A DNA stretch of 64,000 nt, from contig OZ037771.1 in assembly GCA_964035545.1 (NCBI GenBank), forward strand, positions 257,428 through 321,427, given 5' to 3'. This document shows positions 1-16,479 of the stretch, piece after piece. This DNA is from Bugula neritina (lineage: Eukaryota; Animalia; Bryozoa). The first letter of the stretch is position 1. Each line of letters opens with the position of its first letter. Both the position numbers and the translations under genes were made by a program. The notes under the pieces were generated by a model, which was not told the origin of the DNA, made no database searches, and saw only the letters and a program-made list of their open reading frames with translations.

Positions 1-547
1 ACAATAATATTGGTAGGACATTTTGCAGTTTGTAAATGGAAGACAACTTCCAAAAACCATTTTACTTTAAATTATTGTAAAAATTAATGGTAGTTTTTGA
101 TGAAAGGTGGCTATATTTGTGAGGTTTGAATTTAGGTTAGGTAATCATTTTAAATTTGGTAGTCAATTGAGGCAAGACTTGCCTATTTTATTGAATGGTA
201 TTTATTTGATACTTTCATAATAAACATATTTACCTGCCTTAAAAGCATTGTCCAGTACATTGAAACTTGTAATACTTTCTAATATTATTATAAACTATCA
301 GTTAAAACAATTTCAAAAGTTTGTCCTTTGCCTGTGAAGAGTGGGCATGCATATGATAGCCAACACCATGTATCGCATCATAAAGTTATGTTCAAATCAC
401 AAAATCAGCACATTAAGTTCTGCCAAGTCTTTATTATGTTTCATGATATTATAGAAAACAGAGACATGATCAACCAGTTCGTTGTTTGTGTGCCCTGGCA
501 GAATATTCATCGCGGGTCTTGTCAGTCCGCTAAAATACACACAATAA

Positions 548-907
548 TAAGTTATAGTATGTGCAGTTAGAGGTCAAGATAAGGGGTTATCAGTTCAAAT
601 CCTATTAGAGTTGGAAATATTTTTTTTAATTTTATTCACATAAGGAAAAATCAGATCTACGTAATAACTAAGATTAAATATCGAGATACAAATAGAGTAG
701 TGGTAGAGCTTTGATATTATGTGCCTAAGGATGTGGGTTCAAACCCATGCGGCTTCATTTGTAATTTTTGTAATATTTTGAAATTCCTAAAATAAAGAAA
801 TATAAGCATCAACAAGGGTTTCTTATAAGGGGACCCGTCCCAGGGTAATGGTAGGGGCGTCTCTCCTCAACCACAAAGACACTGGTTCAATACCCGAACG
901 CAGCCTG
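548..907 (+). repeat. Three degenerate tRNA-like (Pol III A/B-box) units, ~145-150 bp apart
   Basis: B-box-like AGTTCAAATCC (592), GGGTTCAAACCC (735) and GGTTCAATACCC (884). A-box-like TAGTGGTAGAGC (~698) and TAATGGTAGGGG (~846). No convincing acceptor or anticodon stems. Confidence 0.55.
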
Positions 908-950
908 AAAAAAAAAGTCCGCTGAACACCCATGAGTACCCGCCTCCCAA

Positions 951-1093
951 GAATCAGGCACTCGCGGTGAGTTCATCAGGGACTCTAAATCAGGCACTCG
1001 CGGTGAGTTCATCAGGGACTCTAAATCAGGCACTCGTGGGGTTCATCAGGGACTCTAAATCAGGCACTCATGTGGAGTTCAGCAGGGATTCCA
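951..1093. repeat. ~36-bp tandem repeat x4 (AATCAGGCACTCGCGGTGAGTTCATCAGGGACTCTA)
   Basis: Directly visible. Lies downstream of the third tRNA-like head and an A-run, so it may be a SINE tail. Confidence 0.85.
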
Positions 1094-1272
1094 AAGTATG
1101 AATTACCTTTTGGTAAAAAAGATAAAGTCTTCAAATTATTTATCTAAAAAAATACTTTTAAGCTAATTATTATACAATATATTTATACTAGAACCAAATA
1201 CTATTAAAAACTCCAATTACTCAATTATCACCATGAAACAAGATTAAGATGACATGAAAGTTTTTTGGAGAT

Positions 1273-1785
1273 GGGCAGGACTTGAACCTGCAACCAATGG
1301 CACAGGGTACCAAAGCACTACCAATAACCCAACAAGAACTCTCTGCACAAGGTACTCTATAACAACAACTTATTTTCACTAAGGTCTGTGCATAAGCCAA
1401 ATAAAGTATAAAAATATTTTCTTGATGAGGGTTCGAACCCATACCCACAGGTTTCCTGTTACCAATGCTCCACACATGCCCTACAATGACACCATGAAAA
1501 CTATGACACTATATCTTATATTTAATGTTGTTTTGAAATAGAATAAAATCACATAAAAAATAACAGGCCAGAGCTAGGGCTTGAACCTGTGCCCTGATAC
1601 CACAAGAAACCAGAGCTTTGCCACCAACCCACAAGCATCCCTTAGCTTGAGGTGAGGTATAACCACATCTCATTTTCACTACAGAGAGTGCATAAGCTTA
1701 ATAAATAGTGAAAAAATAAGAGTATTTGAGGGCTTGAACCCCCACAACTTAAAACTGGAAGACTAAAGCTCTACCATTACCCCAC
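1273..1785 (-). repeat. Four degenerate tRNA-like units, ~150 bp period (300-bp dimer)
   Basis: Reverse complements read GGGTTATTGGTAGTGC...GGTTCAAGTCC, ...GGGTTCGAACCC, GGGTTGGTGGCAAAGC...GGTTCAAGCCC and GGGGTAATGGTAGAGC...GGTTCAAGCCC. Spacers ATTTTCACTA...GTGCATAAGC recur at ~1372 and ~1672. Confidence 0.65.
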
Positions 1786-2262
1786 CAGGCTTACTTAATC
1801 TGCTATATGTTTATTTAATATTTGAGTACTGCTGACAAGTTATTTATGGCATTCTATCACTATCATCAGGTTTATCTGAAGGACAATATGCAATTTATTA
1901 ATTTATTCTGTTTAAGTTGCTAACTTTTCAATGCTATTGTTTACTTATATATATATTTTACTGCCAATATTTGAACTTACTTATATTTCAAGTCTTGAGT
2001 AAATACTTATTCATTATTATTTAACAGTATATTTATAATTTAATCAAATTATTCCATTTACATTAATTATAACTTGTTTAGAAACAAGGTCACCTGTGTT
2101 CTTCTAATGTAGCAAAACCAGGAGCACACAAAGTGACTTTTAGAATTTTTCATTTATATTGATGAGGTAAAGTATAAAACTAAAATACAAACCCGAACAT
2201 TGTGTCTAGGCAAGGCATTTATTGAAGCATGGTTATTTTAAATCATATTCAAATTCAAAGGG

Positions 2263-2505
2263 ACCTGGTACTGCCTCAGGAAGAAAGGGGTGCCTGAAAG
2301 GTACATCATGACCATCTAAGATATGTATGAGAACTGTCAAACTCAAATCAGGACAAACACTGGAGGCATAGAAATAGAAGTAAAGGTTGGTTTACACCAA
2401 GGATCTGCCTTGAGTCTGCAACTCTCCATCATCATTGTGGACGTAATTGCTGAGAGCATTAAAGAAGATACACCATGGGCTATGTTATTTGCTGATGATC
2501 TCAAC
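2263..2505 (+). mobile_element. Degenerate reverse-transcriptase fragment of a non-LTR retrotransposon (RTE-like)
   Basis: Translation WYCLRKKGVPERYIMTI*DMYE...VKVGLHQGSALS...PWAMLFADDL contains the LINE RT motifs QGSALS and FADD. It has an in-frame stop and is truncated. Confidence 0.85.
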
Positions 2506-4330
2506 CAGAATGACACAAGTGACCGAGTGAGATAGAAAAGTCTGGTTCACCTGCCACCTGATCAGGAAATGGTGGAGAAAGGTGACCAGCTGAAGCAAAA
2601 TGCATTGTATTCAAGCTTTAATTTAATTTACAGTTCAAAGCAAGTCATGAGTATAAAGAGATGCAGGCCTATAATTAATTAAATATGAACGTTGGGTATA
2701 TTATACATGTGAAAAATATTTACCAAGTCTCAAAATGAAAAAGAAAATTCTCATCAAATCTAATGAAAAAAAATTGTGAGTATATAAAATACAATCAGTT
2801 TAATGCTACAAAAACATTCAACAAAAAGTTGTTGCCAATACAGAGTAAGCAAAAGGGTTATGTGTGCAAAGCTCTAATGCTAATTTCATTATACTAAACC
2901 TAGCTCATAAGGGGGTGCAATACCCGCACTGCTTCATGTTCACAATTTGCATCAGTCAAGTACCATATTACATGGCATAATAGGAATATATACATCAATC
3001 TGTATAAAGAGGCTGTTTCAGGGTTTATCCTCTCATCAGCACAAAACGGAGTACCTTCGCAATCAAGGAAACAAATATTTCAACCAAGCATGTTTAAATG
3101 GTGTGTTAATGCAGTGAGTTGAAGTGTAACCTTACCTGAGCTGCTAGTTGTGTTGCCAAAAGGTACTGAAGATGGACATAAACTAGACTAAGAGTTGTCA
3201 TCACACTGAAAGGATACCAGGCCTCGCACTGAATATTGCTACAAGTAATACATCATAGTTCAGCTACACGGCTCACCAGTTTAAAATCTATACTTTAAAG
3301 ACTATTTTCACTACTGGTTGCACATTTGAAAAGCCAAATTTCTGCCCAACCCTTACTGACCAAACCATCAAATGACTGAAATATGGTTATAATTTAGCAC
3401 CATGAAGGTGCACCACTTGGTTAGCACCTATCAAGACATATTTTCAGTTCAACGGAAAGGCGGCAAGCAGTTTGGTTAGGCAGGTAATTTCTGTCCACTC
3501 TTTAGAGCAATACTTATAACTATATACTTCTCTGAAACAGGTAAATATAGCATTATATTATACTCCCCCCCCCCCCCGCAATATACAGACATGAGAAGGT
3601 AACTTACCATCAAGTTGTTATAGTTTTCTATACATTTGTTTTGCTGAAACAAACTTCGTGGATTTACGAATGGGCTAATATTTTAACTTTTATTATAAAT
3701 AAAAATCTTTTAGTTAAAGTTATAAATATGCTAATTTAGATAACAGGGAAAAATAGATTGATTTGGGTAATATTCACAAACACAAAGTTAAAGAAGCAAA
3801 AGTTTAGTAGTCCTTTCAACAATTTCACTAACTGGCTGGAAGTATATGCCATGAAAAACTTGTAAAGAAAGAACAGATATAATACGTATATAACATAGGA
3901 TTGTGACTGCTAGGTAACATACAGTAGCCGCAAGGTGACCAGTGAGTCATGCATAGTATATCAGCAGCCTACAGTGTACAGCGCAGTATAATCATACTAA
4001 TGCGTCGAATACAAAAGATATATGATTTATATATCAGGACTACATTTGTACAAAACACCCTCAACTGGTATGGAGCATATGTGATGGTTGATGCTGCAAT
4101 GGTATAAGTGAACACTAAAGTCTACATAGTATTGCTACATCAGTTGTTTAAATATGAGAGATGCTTATATCATCAGCACCAATGATTATCATCTGGAAAC
4201 TACCCCATCCTTCTGTCTGTCTGTCTGTCTGTCTGTTGGGCTGCCATAGAGAGTGCATGGAATGTTTGTTGGGTGAAAGGGGTGCAGACAGAGTTTGAGT
4301 GAGTGTGTCTTCACTGTGACAGTCTGTGGC

Positions 4331-8934
<4,604 letters not shown>

Positions 8935-11900
8935 GGTGAGTAGTCTACTGGAAGTACTACATTGATTACTCCTGTCTGGCAGTGAAAAGGAGTTATCAGA
9001 TACAGGTCACTGGTGAAGAGACCGGCCAACCTGCAATTACACAGTAGGTATATATCTCATGTTTCAATGTAGGTATATAACTCCTGTTCCAATGTAAGTA
9101 AAGGTTATTAAAACTTGAGTAGATCATTATCGTTATTATCAGCACTGACAGGTTTCAAGATTACTAGTATCAGAGTAAATAGCATTATCTATGTTAGTAG
9201 CACTCCCTACAACCACTACTAAGGTACTCAAGTTGTTAGCAAGGTAAGCCTTGGGTGTTGGGCAGTAAGCAGTCTCTACTAACAGAGACATTCATACTCA
9301 GCAGCAGTTTACAGTTTAGAAGAGAGCTGAGGGAGGAGCAGATAGACATTGTAACATAGTCTCTCAGCTATTTACTAAGACAGTTATTCATCTAGTCACA
9401 TCAATCTAATTCACTATGCAGCAGCTCATTTTATGAGACACGAAGGGAGTCTAGACAAAGTTATGTAAATTCAGAAAACTGAATTCCAAAACCCTCCTCT
9501 AAAAGAGAAACCCTCCTCTAAAAGAGAAACCCTCCTCTAAAAGAGAAACTCTTTTACTGAAAGCAAGTAGAAGGTCTAACTGATCAAGTTGAATATCTGA
9601 AGGTAACATGGAGTTACAATCTTAAATAAGTTTAGTGGCTAAAAAATTAAAGAACTCAATGCATTCATCAAATAAAAGCTTGTAATCTCACAACATTTCA
9701 AAAGCTGGACTATCAAATTATTAGCATTTTTAAACACTTTTTGTTCTCAACGTCATCCTTTCTGCACCATAAATTGAGCAGAATTAAATTAGAACGTTTG
9801 CAAATTTTTGCCTGCAGTAGCATAACTCAAAGTGGAATCAGCCAAAAGTAGCTGTAGTAGTCAAAGGAGCTGGTAGAAGTTTAAACTAATATACAGATGA
9901 GTATCAAGAAGTCAGTAGAAATGTCTAAGGAGCAATTAGTTTCGGCTTAAAAATGGGGAGTTTCAAGATTGTTTGCTATTCATTATGATTACAAATAATC
10001 ACTTTGTTGAAGTAAACGTAGCAGTTTGGAGTTGATAATTGTGCTCAAATTAATAGTTTTAATACAATATTTAGCAAATATGAGACACACAGCTCTACTG
10101 TTGGATGAATGGTTGACAATACTTTAATGTATATTCTCATTATATAGAGTCAGTAAAACCAATGAGCAATGACTAAATGCATTACCGGGTCTAGAGTCTA
10201 AACCTTAGTGCCAGCCTCAGCATACACTCACAGTGAGTGCTACTCTCACTGTGAGACCAAATGTAGAGTGTAGGACTAAAACTGATAGAAATACACACAG
10301 TAAACGTAATTGCTGTCTATTACTCACACTTACTATAAATAAGTACTCTTGACAAAAGACCAACATTCAGCAACTTACAATAAATCTCTTTTTAATCCAA
10401 TACCAATTGTTGGCAGTACAATTACACTTGCAGTTTCCAAACTTCAGCAACAAGTAGCAAAGTATATAAATTAACAGTAAATATGTTTATTAAATCCTTA
10501 TATAATTAATATTATTGCTAACTATTAACTACAAGTAGTAGTTCACACTTTCCATCTATTAGTGTTAATAAATATTATATTCCCATTTGTTATTAACATT
10601 ATTCATTATAGGTGCTTCTGCAGTCTGCAGTCTTACATTCAGTTGGCAAACGTGTGAATAACTTTTAATCTAATGCAAATTGAAGTTGTTGAAGTTGATA
10701 CAACCAATATATAACTATAATCTTGGTATGAGCTATAATACTAATAGCAATAGCCATAATGATAATAGACATAGAGGTAAACATACAGTAACAAGTAGTC
10801 AAGTACAGTCATACTCATACTCATAGTGGCACCAATAAAAATATAAATTGATAATTATTATAATAAATAAAATATACTTATGCTATTAATGTGAACATTG
10901 TCATGAATAACATCAATTAGTATAATTATGATTATTATTATGATAATACTAATAGGATTTAGATTCCCACTACCGGAGAATAGGTGAGAATAGGATTTAG
11001 ATTATGATTTAAAATTAGTGATTAATACTACTTAATTTTATTTATAATTATATATTTTATTGCAACATAAACAGTGACAACTAAAAAATAACACTAACCA
11101 TGATTACTGATTACCCACCAGTCACTGGGCCAGTGTTACTATCAACAAGACTCATGAGACTGAGTACCACATTCACTATGACTATGAGTATCAGTGTGAG
11201 TATGACTAAGACAATCAGTATCAAATTTTGATTGTGATTCACTAACACTTTGGTAATACTAAAACTAATAGTACTACTACTAGACTACTACCACTAGTAC
11301 TAGTACTACAGTACAGGTACTAGCAGCATTAGAAATGATAATAATAAAATTAATACAATAATCTTAAAGCCAGGTGTAATAATCATGATTACATCTGACT
11401 TTAAGATCGTTGTATAGCTATAACTTAAGTATATCATCTATATGGATATATTATTATAATAATCATAATCATAACGTATCCACATCACCTATATAGGTAT
11501 TGGAAAAACTTCAACTAAAAGTAAAACTTAAAAGATTATTAACATTATAGTTATACTCAATAATACTGATACTGAGATATTAATAATTTCAATATTCAAA
11601 TTAAAGTACTATAATCATCATTATGATTAAATCTATCACTATATTAATATTATAAATATAATGTCAATTTCAAATTGAATATTAGTATTACCATTAGTAT
11701 TACTATTAGTATTACTCATCATATTAATACAATTACTATTAGTATTACTATTACAGTAATACTATTAGTATTACTATTATTAGATTTAGTATTACTATTA
11801 CTATTAGTAACAGTATTAGTCTTTATCCGTTTAGTTTTAAGTTATTAAAGAGTAGCAATTACTAATGTACAAGGTGTATTTATTAACTATGCGCAGGTTG

Positions 11901-12935
11901 CAGCGTTAACTTCTCTGGTTTCAGTCCAAGTCTTCAAAAGTTAAAAACCTTATCCTCATCATGCTGCCATTTCCTGTTCGTCCAAACCACAACACCGCAG
12001 ACGACGCATGAGGCAACTCTGTATGGTTTCAGGGCGTGGCAAGCCCCTCCGCTATGAAACATAAACCCTAAGCTCGTAGTTAACCATAGGCGTTTGATTT
12101 AGTTTTATTACAAAACTTCTAGAATTTGATTGTCATAATTAGAATTTAAAATTAATGTGTATTTTATGCAATATAATTTTTAAACTATTAGAAATCTGAA
12201 ACCTTTGAAGTGAAGTTATTGTTCAATCGAATGGCAACGCTATGATTTTTTGGAGTAAGCAACTCCGTATTGGACAGCGTGTGATGAATATTAGTTTGAA
12301 GTTGTTTTCTCTCTGACAGTTTTACACTAATATACGCAATCGTTGATGGTGAGCCTGTGGCCTCATGTAGAATGCTGTATGCACCTTACGGTTTGCTCAT
12401 ACACATTGCACTAGTTAATACTAGAGTAAGCAGGTACTATGCAGAGAGATTCAAGAGACTATCAACTGAGAGGGACAATGCTTGTTACTTTATTAAGCAA
12501 GTTGAGTGGATAATGGTAGACCTCAAGCAAACATACCAGAAAATAACATAAATTTATATTTTAGAAATAATAAAACAGAAATGCATAAAACTAAAATATT
12601 GATTTGATTTTTACCAGTTTAAAAATCAGAATCATAAGCAATTGAATGCAAATTTGTGTTAAACTTAGTACTTTATTCTCAACAAGAAAGTAAACCAAAA
12701 ATGAAACAAGAAGTACAAGATGACTGAATATAACTAACTGGGTAGACACAGCCAGTTGAAGAGCGATGACTAAGGGTGACAATATGATGATCTAGGATCA
12801 GCACTGAGAAGGGACACGACTTTACTTATCAATACATCAGAATATACGCAGCGGTGGTAAACTTATACATATGTAGTCTAGTGTGTGTGAGCGCTATGAT
12901 TGGCTAGAGACAATGTGAATATCAAGGTCAGGGAG

Positions 12936-15900
12936 TTAATCGCTGTCTTCAGATGACATGCATCCGTCGGAACTACTGCTGCCGTAATCGTCATCGTTGA
13001 TGACAGTATTGGGGAGTCTAGCCACACAGTGTTTGCGGGGCGCGTGCACCCGTCCCTTAGCCTTGTATTTCACTGGCTGACTATATCTATAAGACTTGGT
13101 AGTTGGAATCTCGCCAAGTTCTAGCTCCATGTCTGAATCTTCAGATATGATCTCAGGTTCCTCATCTTCTAGCAGATCTCTGATGTACCTGTAATATAAT
13201 TATGTGATATATCATATGGTATTCATATGATATATCATATGCTATTCATATAATATATCATATGCTATTCATATGATATATTATATGAAATTTATGTGAT
13301 ACATTATATGAAATTTGTAATATATATCATATAATATTCGTATGACATATTATATGATATTCGTACGATATATCATATAATATTCGTATAAAATATCATA
13401 TAATATTCGTATGACATATTATATGATATTCGTATGACATATCATATAATATATATGATAAACCAATGTGTAATATACATACTCTATCTCCTTAGGATCA
13501 GATTTCTTTGGTTTCTTGAATGGATAGACAAGAGGGAAAACGCGTTCAACAGCCAACTGTATATTCTGCACTTTAGGAGCAGTTATAGTGATGGAGCCAG
13601 TAGAGAAAATCTTCAGGGTGGCACTGATGTCCTGCAAAGTATTCACTAACACTAGTAACAGAGTATACGGAGTAGTGAGTATACAGAGTAGTGAGTATAC
13701 GGAGTAGTGAGTATACAGAGTAGAGTATACAGAGTAGAGAGTATACAGAGTAGAGTATACGGAGTAGTGAGTATACAGAGTAGAGTATACAGAGTAGCGA
13801 GTATACAGAGTATACAGAGTATACAGAGTAGTGAGTATACAGAGTAGTGAGTATACAGAGTATACAGAGTAGTGAGTATACAGAGTAGAGTATACAGAGT
13901 AGAGTATACAGAGTATACAGAGTAGTGAGTATACAGAGTAGTGAGTATACAGAGTAGTGAGTATACAGAGTAGAGTATACAGAGTAGAGTATACAGAGTA
14001 GTGAGTATACAGAGTAGTGAGTATACAGAGTAGAGAGTATACAGAGTAGAGAGTATACAGAGTAGTGACTATACAGAGTAGAGTATACAGAGTAGTGAGT
14101 ATACAGAGTATACAGAGTATACAGAGTAGTGACTATACAGAGTAGAGTATACAGAGTAGTGAGTATACAGAGTAGAGTATACAGAGTATACAGAGTATAC
14201 AGAGTATACAGAGTAGTGAGTATACAGAGTAGTGAGTATACAGAGTAGTGAGTAGACAGAGTAGAGTATACAGAGTATACAGAGTAGCTCGTCTTAGGAA
14301 TTACAGCAAAGAATGCTGGTACTTTTATTGACTACCTGGAATTTTGTCCTGTGATACAGAATTTCTGAAGTCAATTAATATATTTTTATTGGAAAGTTTG
14401 TATCAATATTTTCAACAACGTTGTACAAGTTATGTTATAATGAAAATACACTGAATAGTTGCAAGCTAGGGCGATGGGGTTTGGGGTAGGCCCTGGGGTA
14501 GGGGATGTGGTTACAGCACTGCTCTAAATAAAGCTGTACATAACGGCATAATTAGCAAACATTTCCTGACAAACACAGACCCAAGTGAACCCCAGTGTGA
14601 GACCGAGGTATTGCAAACAGCTGACTAGTGTTAGACTAGACACTATATCACATACCTTCACATACGATGTCACACGGGGAGAGGGCATGTAGTCCACCCC
14701 TCCACACAGTGGACATAACGCAGCACTGTAGAAACAGGGCTAGGCTGTGCCAGCTATACTAATTAATTAATTACAGATAAATGCGTTTCATCACAACTCG
14801 GCTCCCAGCACTGCTCAAAGAAGTATAGGATAGTGTGACCTCACCTGGGGTCACTTTGCAGTCAGTCACTCAGTCAGAGTTACTCTGCATACACTACGTG
14901 GTACTGAGTATGAGTTAGACTCAACATGACTGTGACTGAGTATGAGTTAGACTCACCATGACTATGACTGAGTACTAGTTATTTGAACTAGGACCCCAGG
15001 CACCCAGTTGCCAAGTACTTAACATTAATCAGCTGCCAACCTATTTTCAGTCGGCATCAGTTCCAATGAGTTTTGTTAATGGAATTGCAAGTTGTGAACT
15101 CAGTTGAACTTTGCCCACTAATTATGACAAAATGTGCTAATCATATTTCACAAACACCAGCCACTTGGTATAGAGTTGAGTGGACTGGGGTGTAGGACTA
15201 CCTAACAGTCAACAGTTGCTAAGTGACAGCTACAGCTACAGTCTTGACCCAGTTCCTACTCACCGCAATCCTGTAGGTGGCGCCAGGATGGAGCTCAGGC
15301 TCGTACTGCACTTTGCCGATATTCTCCCGACTAAACTCTGTCAGTTTTATTCCAAATGGCAGTGAGCACGTGCCCAACACATTGACTATTTTGAAACTGG
15401 AGAACTTCACCTGTGTTATAAAGTCCACATTACAATATGATATTACAATACGATATTACTCTATGATATTACAATATAATATTACAATACAACAAGGTAT
15501 AGTATACTATACTATAATATAATATATTATAGTATAGTATACTATAATATATTAGAAGTGCAAGTCTTACGGGAAATCCAATTTTTTGCAAGGATCTGGC
15601 GATTCTTCTAGCGGCGATGCGGCAGCTATCCTCAGAGTCAGCCCCGGTAACCGTGACCTTGCCAGAGGACCAGATGCTAGCCGTGGCACTCGGCTTGCGG
15701 ATCTTCATGTTGAGCATGCCCTGAGCACTCTTGAGCTCCACGTTGCAGCCGTGGAGGGCAATGTGTCTGAGATTGAGGTGGCATCGTGTGCTGAACGTGC
15801 ACACCACGTTGTTGATGGCCACATTCACCTCCGGTGACTCATCTACTTCCTCCCTGGTTACTGCTGTGTCTAGATTATCCACCACTATCCCAGTCTCTTG

Positions 15901-16479
15901 AGCTATATTACCAGGTGCTGCAGATATATGACCAGGTGCTGCAGATATATGACCAGGTGCTGCAGATATATGACCAGGTGCTGCAGATATATGACCAGGT
16001 GATGCAGATATATGACCAGGTGCTGCAGATATATGACCAGGTGCTGCAGATAAACCAGGTGCTGTACTAGTATGAGTGGAAGAAGGTAGAGTCACGTGGC
16101 TAGGGGATATTGTATTGAATGTATGATTAGCCTCAGAGTTGGTACTAAGAGAGTGTTTGGTGGGGTCCGCAGTGCAGCTGTCCCCTGACCCCAGTATTAT
16201 GTCGGCTATAGAAGATTTAGTGGAGTGCTGGTGATGGGGAAAGTTGTGAAGATCTAAGAGAGAGCTGTCAGTTAGCTCCGTCAACGAGTCTAGCAAATGA
16301 TTATCATGAAGGTGACTAGTAGGGGCGGGCAGTGACGGCGTCCCCGTATCTATACTTGTGTGCACCTCTGCACCTGCTGCAGAGTCCATCGTGCTATTAG
16401 TAACTGGAGGAGTTGGTGGTGAAGATGTCATCAGAGATTGCAAAGAATTTGAGGTTGTAATATTGTGCAGGATCTCCAT
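12936..16479 (-). CDS. TBPL1: TATA-box-binding protein-like 1 (TRF2/TLF)
   Basis: Exons 16479-15571, 15410-15264, 13631-13483, 13188-12936. TBP-fold repeats INNVVCTFSTRCHLNLRHIAL, TASIWSSGKVTVTGA, IVNVLGTCSLPFGI, YEPELHPGATY and ATLKIFSTGSITITAP match TRF2 rather than TBP. Confidence 0.93.
13200..13455. repeat. Degenerate AT-rich ~21-bp intronic repeat
   Basis: ATATCATATGATATTCGTATG variants fill TBPL1 intron 3. Confidence 0.8.
13658..14286. repeat. 9/14/16-bp intronic minisatellite
   Basis: AGAGTAGTGAGTATAC variants next to the acceptor at 13632. Confidence 0.95.
15903..16063 (-). repeat. Coding 21-bp tandem repeat, (GHISAAP)-like x~7, in the TBPL1 N-terminal extension
   Basis: ACCAGGTGCTGCAGATATATG repeated in frame. 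Confidence 0.95.

Noticed and set aside
328-570. ORF 328-570, or a minus-strand exon starting at ~529
   Set aside because: No recognisable motif and no partner exon could be linked.
951-1093. Hammerhead ribozyme in the 36-bp repeat (minus strand CTGATGA-ACTC-accgc-GAGT)
   Set aside because: The required GAAA box after stem II is absent.
548-1785. Functional tRNA gene cluster
   Set aside because: A/B boxes are present, but I could not fold consistent acceptor and anticodon stems, so the units are kept as tRNA-like repeats.
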